64,000 nucleotides of DNA from an uncultured Actinomycetota bacterium (GCA_963849365.1 CAWKHA010000004.1:1570051-1634050); one strand, 5' to 3'; counted from the stretch's first letter, positions 34,633-43,807 are shown. Translations and numbers: made by a program. The notes: generated from the letters alone by a model not told the origin.

Positions 34633-34944
34633 TCATCTCTGCGATGCCTTCACCAACTGGTGGGTCGTGACGAAGCCACTGGACTCGATTTCTGCGACTT
34701 CCGAGGTGGACACGTCGCAAACGGTCACGATCCGCTGGAGTCGACGAACCAGAACGGCGACCTGCGTTGTAGGCGAGGCCTCAACGGTAAGCACAGCGAC
34801 GTCAGGCCAGCCACTCGGTCGCGTCAAGATTACCTCGACCCGCGCCACAGTGAGCGGCAATCGTCCGATGACGCTCACGATTCTGCCTACGTCGCTCATC
34901 CCATCAGTGAACCGAACGACAACTCGATGCCGAAATGCCCGCAT
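34633..34944 (-). CDS. ACT-domain protein, acetolactate-synthase small-subunit-like
   Basis: 103 aa with beta-alpha-beta-beta-alpha-beta-like pattern HRVVVRFTDGMSDVGRIVSVIGRLPLTVARVEV...AVLTVEA...VAVLVRRLQRIVTVCDV. Family call is tentative. Confidence 0.4.
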   Translation of the reverse strand: MRAFRHRVVVRFTDGMSDVGRIVSVIGRLPLTVARVEVILTRPSGWPDVAVLTVEASPTTQVAVLVRRLQRIVTVCDVSTSEVAEIESSGFVTTHQLVKASQR

Positions 34945-34981
34945 GTTGACCAGCTCTTCCTGCCCGGGTTCCCGGACAACG

Positions 34982-35010
34982 AAAAGCCCCGGGTGACAGC
35001 ACTCCGGGGC
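34982..35010 (-). terminator. intrinsic terminator candidate downstream of the racemase-like 3 / sarcosine-oxidase-like operon
   Basis: Perfect 7-bp stem GCCCCGG (34986-92) / CCGGGGC (35004-10) with an 11-nt loop, followed on the minus strand by TTTT. Confidence 0.5.
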
Positions 35011-35184
35011 AGCGGCGTCCGGTCCTCAGTGGAGACCGGCTCGCCGCTAGACGATGATGACGATGTGGCGCGTCATGCACACATGGTGACACCTAGCGGC
35101 CCGCGTGTCGACCGATCACGTGTGTTGACGTGGACACAAGAGCGTTGATTTTGAAGTCCCCTTGGACGCTCATTCAGACTGCCG

Positions 35185-36390
35185 TCACACCATCCACTGG
35201 ATGGGGTAGTCCGGGTCGGTCAGCGCCGCGCGCTCGGGTGAGAAGGACTGGACCCACTCCGCCGTGCGGTCGTGCTGTCCCAGTGCCATGGCGGCCAGCA
35301 GTCGGCCGATGGTCGGGACGAACTTGAAGGCGTGACCTGCGCCGAGAGCGAGGTGCGCGCGCTGCGACCCGGGTACCGCGCCGAGGACGAAGTCGCGGTC
35401 GGCCGGGAGCGTGTACAGGCACCGCACGGACCGGACGGCTGGACCGCTGCCAGGGAACGTCTCAGCCATGAACTGCGAGAGGCGCCCGAGTGCTGCATCG
35501 TCGGTCCCGGGCGTCCGCTTGTCCGGGTCGACGGCGGGCCCGCCGCAGTCCTGTCCTGCCTTGATCGTGGGTTCGCCGTAGCAGGGGAATCCGTAGAAGC
35601 CCGGGTCGTCGATCCAGATCCACACCGGGAACTTGTCTGGCGCGAACGCGTCCGGTCGGCCCGGCTGGAAGTACGTCACCTGCTGGTCGAGCACGGTCAG
35701 CCGCGGCGCCCAACCCAGCGGGGCGACCAACCCGGCGGTCCAGGCGTCGGCGCAGATCACGACCGACTGCGCGGCGAACGTGCGCCGCGCCGTCACCACC
35801 TCGACGGACTCAGGGTGCTCGCGGAGCTCGAGGACCGGTGTGCGATCGACCAGCACCGCCCCCGAGCTCGCCGCCAGGCCGTGCAGGCTGGTCGTGGTCC
35901 GGCCGGCCGACACGATGCCCGTCCGCTCCTGGTAGAGCCCGGCCGTCGACTCCTCGACGCGCACCTGGGGCCAGCGCGCCTGGATCTCCCGCCCGTCGAG
36001 GAGCTCGTACGCGATCCCGGCTCCGGCCAGGCTGGCGGCATAGACGTCCAAGGACAGGTCCGCTGCGGCCGGGCACAGGTCGATGCCCCCGGTCCTGGTC
36101 ACTAGACGCTGCCCGGACGCCGCCTCCAGCTCGGCCCAGTCGTCGTACGCCTGCTTCGTCAGGTCGACGTAGTCCGCCCGGTGGTAGCTGTGCCGGAGGA
36201 TGCGGGAGGTGTCGTGCGAGGCACCCCGGTCGTGACCGAGGGCGAACTGCTCGACACCGAGGACCCGCACCCCGGCGCGCGCGAGCTGGTACGTCGTCGC
36301 GGCTCCCAGACCCCCGAGACCCACCACGATGACGTCATACGTAGCCGGGGCCTCGTCCGCCGTCGACGCGACGACCGGGCTGTCAGACAT
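35185..36390 (-). CDS. monomeric sarcosine oxidase / N-methyl-amino-acid or pipecolate oxidase-like flavoprotein
   Basis: YDVIVVGLGGLGAATTYQLA, GASHDTSRILRHSY (MSOX-type GSSHGxTRIIR block), and VRCLYTLPADRDFVLG with Cys at the covalent-flavin position. Confidence 0.85.
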   Translation of the reverse strand: MSDSPVVASTADEAPATYDVIVVGLGGLGAATTYQLARAGVRVLGVEQFALGHDRGASHDTSRILRHSYHRADYVDLTKQAYDDWAELEAASGQRLVTRTGGIDLCPAAADLSLDVYAASLAGAGIAYELLDGREIQARWPQVRVEESTAGLYQERTGIVSAGRTTTSLHGLAASSGAVLVDRTPVLELREHPESVEVVTARRTFAAQSVVICADAWTAGLVAPLGWAPRLTVLDQQVTYFQPGRPDAFAPDKFPVWIWIDDPGFYGFPCYGEPTIKAGQDCGGPAVDPDKRTPGTDDAALGRLSQFMAETFPGSGPAVRSVRCLYTLPADRDFVLGAVPGSQRAHLALGAGHAFKFVPTIGRLLAAMALGQHDRTAEWVQSFSPERAALTDPDYPIQWMV

Positions 36391-37168
36391 GCCCGTAGAA
36401 GTCTCGGTGGACCGCCAGACTGTACGCGTAGTCGAGCAGGGTGGAGAAGCTGGCCACGGGGATGTCGATCTCGCGCTGGATGGCCCGGGCGAACGGTTGG
36501 AAGCCCGTGCACTCCAGGACGAGTGCTCGGATGCTGGGGAAGCGGTCGACGAAGTCCCGGCAGATGCGGACCATGTCCGCCTCGGCCTTCGCGTAGTCCG
36601 CCGTGGGGATCTCCGGGCGCTTGTTGACCTCCCACAACGAGTCGAATTCGGGGCACTCGTACTCGTCCATGGCGCCCACGATCACGATGTTGCTGTCCGG
36701 GTCGATGCCGACCTTGCGCAGATGGGTGTCGGTCAGTTCCTTGCGCGAGGAGGCGAGCAGGCCCACGTCCGCCCGCGGTCCGATCAGCTGCTGCAGCCAC
36801 GGCACCTGCAGCAGGCTCGACAGGAACACCGGCACGTCGACGGCTGCCGCGACCTCCGGCTGGAAGTACGCGAAGTAGCCACACTCGCCGATGATCGCCC
36901 GGCACCCGAACCGCTCCAGGCGACGCGCCGCGGCCAGGATCGGCTCCAGGCACGGGCCCTTGTCCTCGACCGCGCACAACGCATAGATGTCGATGCCGGT
37001 CACCACGTCGTACTGGATCGGGAAGGGGTACGCGCTCGGGTTGCGGACGTCCCCGGGGAACGCCGGGTACACCTCGTCGAGCAGCATGACGCCCAGGCCC
37101 ATGCCAGACCCAAGGCGTCCCGGGCGTGCGTAGATGCGCGTGATCCCCCGATCGCGTTGCCGGTTCAT
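36383..37168 (-). CDS. Asp/Glu/hydantoin racemase superfamily protein (paralog 3 of 3)
   Basis: GLGVMLLDEVYPAFPGDVRNPSAYPFPIQYDVV aligns with paralogs 1 and 2. 8-nt overlap (ATGTCTGA) with the downstream oxidase gene. Confidence 0.8.
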   Translation of the reverse strand: MNRQRDRGITRIYARPGRLGSGMGLGVMLLDEVYPAFPGDVRNPSAYPFPIQYDVVTGIDIYALCAVEDKGPCLEPILAAARRLERFGCRAIIGECGYFAYFQPEVAAAVDVPVFLSSLLQVPWLQQLIGPRADVGLLASSRKELTDTHLRKVGIDPDSNIVIVGAMDEYECPEFDSLWEVNKRPEIPTADYAKAEADMVRICRDFVDRFPSIRALVLECTGFQPFARAIQREIDIPVASFSTLLDYAYSLAVHRDFYGHV

Positions 37169-37186
37169 CGGGGCAGGTTAGCACGG

Positions 37187-37215
37187 TTGACGATATCGCC
37201 ATACGAGGGCAGACT
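37187..37215 (+). promoter_or_regulatory. sigma70-like promoter with embedded CGATATCG core, Rieske oxygenase / racemase-like 3 divergent region
   Basis: TTGACG (37187-92), a 17-nt spacer containing CGATATCG (37191-98), then CAGACT (37210-15). Confidence 0.55.
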
Positions 37216-37258
37216 GAATGATCGTTGTGGTCCTCTTCCGCCAGGCCAGGAGAAGACG

Positions 37259-38413
37259 GTGGTGAACCTCTCGCGCGTCTCGGAGCTGACCGACCAGGCG
37301 GTAGCGACGGGCAGGTTGCTGCCGCAGGCTGCGTACACCTCGCCAGACTGGTTCGAAGCGGAGCGGCGGCCGATCCGCGAAAGGACCTGGACCTACGTCG
37401 GCCATGCGTCGGACCTGGCGCCAGGGCGCTTCCGTCGGGTCCGCGTTGGTATCGAGGACATGATCGTGACTCGGGACCGCGACGGGGAGCTGCATGCCCT
37501 GCACAACGTGTGCCGGCATCGTGCTGCCGAGGTGGTGACCGAGGAGTGCGGGACAGCTCATTCGCTGGTGTGCCCGTACCACCTGTGGAGCTACGACCTG
37601 GCTGGAAACCTGAAAGTCGCGCACGGCATGCCTGAGCACCTCGCGCTGGCTGACTTCCCGCTGAAGTCGATGACCGTGCGCGTCTGGCAGGGCCTGGTCT
37701 TTGTGGTTCCTGAGGAGAAGGGGCTCGACGGGACCGACTTCGAACCAGCCGCCGACCGTGATGCGGCCGAGTTCGCCAGGCTCCGGCTCGATGAGGCCAA
37801 GGTCGTCCACAGCGAGGTGTACGACATCGCAGCGAACTGGAAGACGGTCTGGGAGAACTTCAGCGAGTGCTACCACTGTTCGGCTAACCACCCCGAGTTC
37901 CTGGCGGCCTACGACCTGGCCAGTCTGTATGACGAGAACGGCGAGACTGGCATCGTGCGGCTCAAGGAGGGGATGTGCTCGCTGAGCCTTGACGGGCAGC
38001 CGGTGTGCCAGCGAGCGCTCGGCGACTTCGTCGACGTGCCGACGAGTGAGTGGACCCTCCAGTTCGCCGGTGCACATCCGACGTTCTCGGTCAGCGCGAC
38101 TCCGGACTACGCCGTCGTGCACTGCTTCACGCCGATCTCGGCTGACCGCACGATCCTCAAGTGCGACTGGCTGGTCCATCGGGACGCCGTCGACAACGTC
38201 GACTACAAGATCAAGGACGTCGTGGTGGTGTGGCACCAGACCAACGTGCAGGACATCGCCCTGTGCGAGTCCGCCCAGCGCGGGATCCGCTCCAGCGCTT
38301 TCGAACCCGGTCCGGTCTCCGCGCTCCGGGAGCCGTTCGTCGCGAGGTTCCACGCTCAGTACGCTGCCTGGCTCCGCCAGGGCCTCCACGAGGTCGCCGA
38401 GGTGGTGGGCTGA
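37259..38413 (+). CDS. Rieske [2Fe-2S] non-haem-iron oxygenase alpha subunit (GbcA/Stc2/choline-monooxygenase-like group)
   Basis: CRHRAAEV...CPYHLW Rieske motif and NWKTVWENFSECYHCSANHPEF mononuclear-iron region. GTG 37259 is 6 nt after AGGAG. Confidence 0.85.
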   Translation: MVNLSRVSELTDQAVATGRLLPQAAYTSPDWFEAERRPIRERTWTYVGHASDLAPGRFRRVRVGIEDMIVTRDRDGELHALHNVCRHRAAEVVTEECGTAHSLVCPYHLWSYDLAGNLKVAHGMPEHLALADFPLKSMTVRVWQGLVFVVPEEKGLDGTDFEPAADRDAAEFARLRLDEAKVVHSEVYDIAANWKTVWENFSECYHCSANHPEFLAAYDLASLYDENGETGIVRLKEGMCSLSLDGQPVCQRALGDFVDVPTSEWTLQFAGAHPTFSVSATPDYAVVHCFTPISADRTILKCDWLVHRDAVDNVDYKIKDVVVVWHQTNVQDIALCESAQRGIRSSAFEPGPVSALREPFVARFHAQYAAWLRQGLHEVAEVVG

Positions 38414-38417
38414 ACGG

Positions 38418-38500
38418 ATGGCCGCTGAGCGCACGTGTCGCCACTGCGGCAACCCCTTCCAGCCGACGGCACTCACCATCGCCACCGAGTGCCGGTCAGC
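38418..38500 (+). pseudogene. degenerate copy of the zinc-ribbon mini-gene
   Basis: MAAERTCRHCGNPFQPTALTIATECR matches 30062-30217 at the first CxxCG and at TECR, then diverges with the second knuckle lost. The open frame continues antisense into the MFS gene. Confidence 0.35.
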
Positions 38501-38596
38501 TGAGCCGCTGAGGCATGTCGGCGCGACTACCCCCACACGTCGAGTGCCTTGTCGCCCGCCGGTGGACAGTCTTGCTCGGGAGCCGGCACCTTCGGT

Positions 38597-39991
38597 CTAT
38601 GTGGCGGGTTGGTCCGATTCCGCCAGTTGCGCGCCCTGGACTAGTCGTAGCCGTCCCGTCAGCGTGAGGCCGATCAGCAGGATCCCGACCATGGTCAGGT
38701 TGACGGTCAGGAACGCCGTGCTGAAGCTGAGGCCACCACGCGCCGCGATGGCTATGAGAACGCCGCCCAATCCGATGGTTACCGCCTGAGCCGTCGCGCT
38801 GGAGAGTTGTGCGGCAGCGGAGTCGAAGCCGCGATTGGCATCGGTGGTCTGGCGTATCACCAGCAGATGGAAGATCGTGAAGGCCAGGCCGAAGCCCAGG
38901 GCGGCCATGCTCCATCCCGGGTACATCAACCAGCCGGGCACGGGCGGTAGCGCGAGGACTGCTGCGACGAGGGCACCAATGATCGCCAGGGCAAAGCCGG
39001 CGCGAACGAGCGCGATCCGGTGCGAGTCGTCGTCCCGCCGCAGGACCCGGCCAGCGATCGATCGCCCGGACGCTTCGGCGAGGCCGGCAGCAGCCAACGG
39101 AAGCGCGGCGGCCGTGGGTCCGTATCCGTGTTGCAGCGTCAACGAGAGCGGAATGAGCGCCTCGACTCCGATGAAGGCGCTGTTGTAGATGCCGCGCATC
39201 GACACGGCCGCCGCGACGCCGCGGCGAACCCGGAATGCGCCGGGTGGCAGCACCGCGCGCAGGCCCCAGGCCAGAAGGCAGCCGGCCAGGATCGTCGCAA
39301 CCGCCAACACCGGCCATCCCGGCGGATGCTGGCCGATGGCCTCCAACACTGTCACGGCCATGACGATGGCCACTGCGAACGGCAGGTTGTTGCGGCGCGA
39401 TGTTGCCATCGACGGCCGAGGCAGGCGCCGCACCACCGGTAGCATCAAGGCGATCGCGAGGACGCTTCCGGGCACCAGCGCGAGGAAGACCCATCGCCAG
39501 CCCACATGCTGGGTCAGCAAGCCAGCAATGAGCGGCCCGAAGAGCGCGGGCGCGACGATCGCCAGTCCGGTCCGGGACAACACGATGGGCACGGACGCGA
39601 CCGGAAAGATCTGTCCGATGAGCACATAGACGGACGTGAACAGCAGGCCGCCGGCGAGCCCGTGGGCGACGCGGCCAGCGACGAGGACAGGCATGTTCGG
39701 CGCAAGCCCGCACACCAGCTGCGCGATCGCGAACAGCACCAGCCCAACTACCAAGACCGCGCCCGGGCCGTGGTTGTCGCTGTACTGCCCAGCCAGGACC
39801 AGGCCCAGCACTCTGGCGATGACTGCGCCGGTCAGCGCCAGGCCGATCCCTCCGATGGCGCCCAGATCCCGTGACGCAGTTGGCAGCACCGCCAGCACCG
39901 CCATGTCCTCGAAGGACGCCATGGTCATGACGGTCAGCACGCCAATCAGCGCGGCGCGTTCGCGCCCGTCGAAGCGTGCTGACCCACGCAC
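38597..39991 (-). CDS. MFS transporter (paralog of 6543-7976)
   Basis: FDGRERAALIGVLTVMTMASFEDMAVLAVLPTASRDLG... aligns with the MFS at 6543-7976. TAACAT -10 (40003-39998, minus strand) puts the transcription start on GTG 39991, a leaderless layout. Confidence 0.85.
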   Translation of the reverse strand: MRGSARFDGRERAALIGVLTVMTMASFEDMAVLAVLPTASRDLGAIGGIGLALTGAVIARVLGLVLAGQYSDNHGPGAVLVVGLVLFAIAQLVCGLAPNMPVLVAGRVAHGLAGGLLFTSVYVLIGQIFPVASVPIVLSRTGLAIVAPALFGPLIAGLLTQHVGWRWVFLALVPGSVLAIALMLPVVRRLPRPSMATSRRNNLPFAVAIVMAVTVLEAIGQHPPGWPVLAVATILAGCLLAWGLRAVLPPGAFRVRRGVAAAVSMRGIYNSAFIGVEALIPLSLTLQHGYGPTAAALPLAAAGLAEASGRSIAGRVLRRDDDSHRIALVRAGFALAIIGALVAAVLALPPVPGWLMYPGWSMAALGFGLAFTIFHLLVIRQTTDANRGFDSAAAQLSSATAQAVTIGLGGVLIAIAARGGLSFSTAFLTVNLTMVGILLIGLTLTGRLRLVQGAQLAESDQPAT

Positions 39992-40000
39992 ATCACGATG

Positions 40001-40017
40001 TTATCAGGACTCGATAT
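40001..40017. promoter_or_regulatory. RTATCG-N5-CGATAY box overlapping the -10 of the MFS paralog 2 promoter
   Basis: TTATCA ggact CGATAT. Same layout (GATATCG-N5-TGATAC) as upstream of the paralogous MFS at 8002-8018. Confidence 0.6.
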
Positions 40018-40210
40018 CGATGCTGGGAGCTACCTCTCGACGACATGAAGGGTTGCGGAGATCGGCTTTGATCTCCCCCGTCGCTGAACATGATCAAGTA
40101 GGCCGCTTGGATTGCGGCGCGGCGACGCGTGACGTTCCTGGTCGACGTCGACTTTGGCACGGATGGAGGGCCGCCCGCCCGAGCCCTTCTCATCGACCGA
40201 CAGGCCTGTG

Positions 40211-40227
40211 ATATCGTAAAGCGTTAT
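40211..40227. promoter_or_regulatory. RTATCG-N5-CGATAY box upstream of chrA
   Basis: ATATCG taaag CGTTAT. Confidence 0.55.
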
Positions 40228-40273
40228 CGACAGCCCGCAACCGACCATCGGCTCGGCGTGAGGAGTCCGAATC

Positions 40274-41542
40274 GTGCTTCGCCGATCGGCCCCCGACGTC
40301 GGATCGCAGCCGGTCGCCGAACCGGTCGCCGACACTGACGGAGAGACCCCGACCTTTGAGCGGGGGTCAGCCTGGGAAGTGTTCCGAGTCGCCTTCCGCC
40401 TCGGTGTCACCTCGTTCGGCGGTCCCATCGCGCACCTGGGGTACTTCCGCACTGAGTACGTGCAACGACGGAAGTGGCTGGACGAGAAGACGTACGCAGA
40501 CCTGATCGCTCTGTCGCAGTTCCTTCCCGGTGCAGCCAGCAGCAAGCTGGGCATGTCAATTGGCATCATGCGGGCTGGCTTGCCCGGAGGTCTGGCGGCC
40601 TGGCTCGGTTTCACGATGCCGTCCGCGATCCTGCTGGCCGCTGCCGCGACCGTCCTGCGCAGTTCGAGCAGCGAGACCACCGACCTGCTGCATGGTCTCA
40701 AGGTGGTTGCCGTCGCCGTTGTCGCGCAGGCCGTGTGGGGGATGGCGAAGGCGTTCGCGCCCGATCGGGGTCGGGCCACGATTGCCCTGGCCTCGGCTGC
40801 GGCGGTGTTGTTGCTGCCGATCTCGTTCGGGCAGATCTCGGTCATCGCCACCGCCGGTCTCATCGGCTACTTCTTCCTGCGGACCGACACCGCCTCGATC
40901 GGGCCCCAACCCGATGTCCGGGTGCCGCGCTGGCTGGGCGTCGCTTCCTGGGCGGTGCTGTTCGGACTTCTGTTCGGCCTTCCGATCGCGCGAAGCCTGA
41001 TCGCCTTCCAGCCGCTGGCGATGTTCGACTCGTTCTTCCGCTCCGGTTCGCTCGTGTTCGGTGGCGGTCACGTCGTCCTGCCGCTGCTGAACGCCGAGGT
41101 GGTGCCGAACCACTGGGTCAACCAGGACCAGTTCCTGTCCGGCTACGGCTTGGCCCAAGCTGTGCCCGGCCCGTTGTTCACCTTCGCGGCCTACCTGGGC
41201 TCAGGGATGCGGCCGACGCCGAACGGCGCTGTGGGCGCCGGGATCGCCGTGTTCGCCATCTTCCTGCCGTCCATGCTGATCACGTTGGGCTCGCTGCCCT
41301 GGTGGGGCGCGCTGCGGACCCGCTTCGGCGCCCAAGCAGCTCTGCGCGGAATCAGCGCAGCCGTCGTCGGCATCCTGTTGGCCGCGCTGTACAACCCGGT
41401 CTGGACCAGCGCGGTGACCCGGCCCGTGGACTTCGTCCTCGCCATCGGCGCCTGTGCATTGCTGATGGTATGGAAGCTCCAACCCTGGATCGTCGTCCTC
41501 GTGACCGGCGCCGCCGGCGCGTTGGTGGCTTGGCTGAGCTGA
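40274..41542 (+). CDS. chrA: chromate ion transporter (CHR family, two fused halves)
   Basis: LGVTSFGGPIAHLGYFRTEYV..., SQFLPGAASS, and second-half SLVFGGGHVVLPLL...GLAQAVPGPLFTFAAYLG. GTG 40274 follows GAGGAG. Confidence 0.85.
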   Translation: MLRRSAPDVGSQPVAEPVADTDGETPTFERGSAWEVFRVAFRLGVTSFGGPIAHLGYFRTEYVQRRKWLDEKTYADLIALSQFLPGAASSKLGMSIGIMRAGLPGGLAAWLGFTMPSAILLAAAATVLRSSSSETTDLLHGLKVVAVAVVAQAVWGMAKAFAPDRGRATIALASAAAVLLLPISFGQISVIATAGLIGYFFLRTDTASIGPQPDVRVPRWLGVASWAVLFGLLFGLPIARSLIAFQPLAMFDSFFRSGSLVFGGGHVVLPLLNAEVVPNHWVNQDQFLSGYGLAQAVPGPLFTFAAYLGSGMRPTPNGAVGAGIAVFAIFLPSMLITLGSLPWWGALRTRFGAQAALRGISAAVVGILLAALYNPVWTSAVTRPVDFVLAIGACALLMVWKLQPWIVVLVTGAAGALVAWLS

Positions 41543-41554
41543 GCGCAGCCAGGA

Positions 41555-42616
41555 TCATCCACCACGCGTGAGGAGATCCCAGATGTCGCTGTCGAGGACT
41601 CGTCGCGCCACGTCCAGGTGAGTCTGACGCTCCGAGCACTCCTCGTCTCGCCACGCCCACAGACGCGTCGTGCTGCGGTGCAGCTGATGCTCCAGCGTGA
41701 AACCGAGCGCCCCGAGCACCTGATGCGCGGCGGTCGCAATCTCGCCCGCGGACCTGCCAGCGGAGGCTTTCGCCGCCGAGATGGCAAAGCCGGCGTTGTC
41801 GGTGTCACCCTGCTCCAGCGCCGCGAGCGCAGCCTGGCCGGCGATCACCATGGCGGATGTCTCGGCTGCGAGACCGGCCAGCAGGTGCTGTACCGCCTGG
41901 AACCGGTCGATGGGACGACCGAACTGTTCCCGCTCGCCCGCGTACCGGACGGCAAGGGAGAGCACCTGTTCTGCCGCCCCCGACATCGCCAGCACCCGGC
42001 CCAGGGCGTAACGGCGCGCCAAGGCAGCCACCGTGACGTCCGCGCCAGGGGAGAGGACGTCTGCCTGCGCGAGGTGGAGGCCGTCAGCCAGCACGTCGTT
42101 GCGCGGCTCGCCGGCCAGGTTGGCTCCCGGCTGCACGGCCACCGCGTCCGGTCGCAGCAGGACGATGCGCGTGCCGTCCGGCGTGGCCAACAGACCCACG
42201 ATGAGCTCGGCAACGCTGGCCCAGGGCACGCGTCGGAGCTCGCCGGTGAACACCCACCCGTTGGCCGCGGGCTCGAGCATCGCGCCCGACTCCACGGGGG
42301 CCGCGGTCAGTGGCCCGGATGGGACCGAGACGCCGGCGCACTCGAGCAGCCAGCCGGCGCCCCACATGGTCTCGACGAGGGGGGCTGCGAGGCTGGCGCG
42401 CCCCGACGCACGGATCACCGCGGCGGCCGCTCGGAGCGAGCCACCACCGCCGCCGTGGTCGATCGGGGTCGAGACCAGCGTGAAGCCGCTGTGCTCAAGC
42501 TGTTGCCAGGTCACGCGATCGAAGGCGGCGCGGTCCTTGTGACCGTCGTGAGCGTCGGACCGCGCGCAGATGCGCTCGACCTCCGCCATCAGGATCGCGG
42601 CCTCGTCTGCGCTCAT
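41555..42616 (-). CDS. acyl-CoA dehydrogenase family protein (short, partner-subunit type)
   Basis: C-terminal ACAD block YAGEREQFGRPIDRFQAVQHLLA...GALGFTLEHQLHRSTTRLWAWR, with a divergent N-terminal half. Confidence 0.75.
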   Translation of the reverse strand: MSADEAAILMAEVERICARSDAHDGHKDRAAFDRVTWQQLEHSGFTLVSTPIDHGGGGGSLRAAAAVIRASGRASLAAPLVETMWGAGWLLECAGVSVPSGPLTAAPVESGAMLEPAANGWVFTGELRRVPWASVAELIVGLLATPDGTRIVLLRPDAVAVQPGANLAGEPRNDVLADGLHLAQADVLSPGADVTVAALARRYALGRVLAMSGAAEQVLSLAVRYAGEREQFGRPIDRFQAVQHLLAGLAAETSAMVIAGQAALAALEQGDTDNAGFAISAAKASAGRSAGEIATAAHQVLGALGFTLEHQLHRSTTRLWAWRDEECSERQTHLDVARRVLDSDIWDLLTRGG

Positions 42617-42636
42617 GACGAGTCGCTCATGACGAG
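42610..42636. repeat. tandem 13/14-bp microduplication at the junction of the two acyl-CoA dehydrogenase genes
   Basis: CGCTCATGACGAG at 42610-22 and again at 42624-36. One copy carries the ATG of the downstream gene and the other the TGA of the upstream gene (minus strand). Confidence 0.7.
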
Positions 42637-43781
42637 GCCAGACCGCGCGCCACGATCCCGCGCAGGATCTCGGTCGCGCCGCCTCGCAAGGTGAATGCTG
42701 GCGAGTGCAGGACAGCCTCGGCGACCATCCGGCACAGCGGATCCTCGCTGTGCAGGTCCACAGCGCCCTGCAGGTTCAGCTGGACGACGTCGACGATCTC
42801 GCGTTCGAGCTGCGTGCCGAGGTCCTTCACCATCGCAGCCTCCACCGCGGGGGACTCGCCCTCGGCCAGTGCGCCGGCCACAGCCAGTGACATCTGGCGC
42901 AACGCCCACAGCCGGCTGACGACGCGACCCAGGCCGTCCGCGACCAGCGGATCGTCCACGCCTGCCTTGCGCAGTCGATCCGTCCACAGCATCAGGAGGG
43001 GCAACGTGCTCATCAGGCGTTCGGGGCCGCTGCGCTCGAAGGTCAGCTCCGCCGTCACCTGCTGCCAGCCGTTCCCGATCACCCCGAGCACGGCGTCGTC
43101 CGGCACGAACACGTCGTCCATGACGACCTCGTTGAAGTGCGGTTCCCCGTCGATGGCGTGGATGGGCCGGACGGTGACGCCGTCGGCGTGCATGTCGATG
43201 ATGACCTGGCTCAGTCCGGCGTGCCGGTCGCCGTCGGAGGGCGAGGTGCGCACGAGCGAGAGCATCCGGTCGGCGACCTGTGCGCCGCTCGTCCACACCT
43301 TCGAGCCCTTGACCAGCCAGCCGCCCGCCGTCGCCGTGGCACGGGTGCGGACCGACGCAAGGTCTGAGCCGGAGTCCGGCTCGCTCATCCCGATGCAGAA
43401 CAGGCATTCCGCGCGCGCCATCGCTGGCAGCAGGCTCTGCTTCTGTTCGTCGGTGCCGAAGCGCAACAGGTTCGGCCCGACTTGTCGATCGGTGATCCAG
43501 TGCGCGGCCACGGGGGCACCAGCTGCGAGCAGCTCCTCGGTCACCACGAACCTGTCCAGCGCGCTGCGCTCCTGGCCTCCGAATTGGCGGGGCCAGGTCA
43601 TGCCCAGCCAGCCACGATCGGCCAACCGTCGGCTGAACGAGCGGTCGACGCCCCCGAGCCAGTTGTCGCAGTGCGGGACGAACCCGCCGGAGGCCAGCTC
43701 GGCCGCCAGGAAGTCACGTACCTGCGCGCGCAGGTCCTCGGTCTCGGCTGGCAGCGCGACGGCGTTCAGGGTCTGGCGCAC
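42627..43781 (-). CDS. acyl-CoA dehydrogenase
   Basis: GWLGMTWPRQFGG, CIGMSEPDSGSDLASVRTRA, GSKVWTSGA and TLRGGATEILRGIVARGL. Confidence 0.85.
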   Translation of the reverse strand: MRQTLNAVALPAETEDLRAQVRDFLAAELASGGFVPHCDNWLGGVDRSFSRRLADRGWLGMTWPRQFGGQERSALDRFVVTEELLAAGAPVAAHWITDRQVGPNLLRFGTDEQKQSLLPAMARAECLFCIGMSEPDSGSDLASVRTRATATAGGWLVKGSKVWTSGAQVADRMLSLVRTSPSDGDRHAGLSQVIIDMHADGVTVRPIHAIDGEPHFNEVVMDDVFVPDDAVLGVIGNGWQQVTAELTFERSGPERLMSTLPLLMLWTDRLRKAGVDDPLVADGLGRVVSRLWALRQMSLAVAGALAEGESPAVEAAMVKDLGTQLEREIVDVVQLNLQGAVDLHSEDPLCRMVAEAVLHSPAFTLRGGATEILRGIVARGLASS

Positions 43782-43807
43782 GGGTGCCTGGTGGGTGAGT
43801 CGACGGC

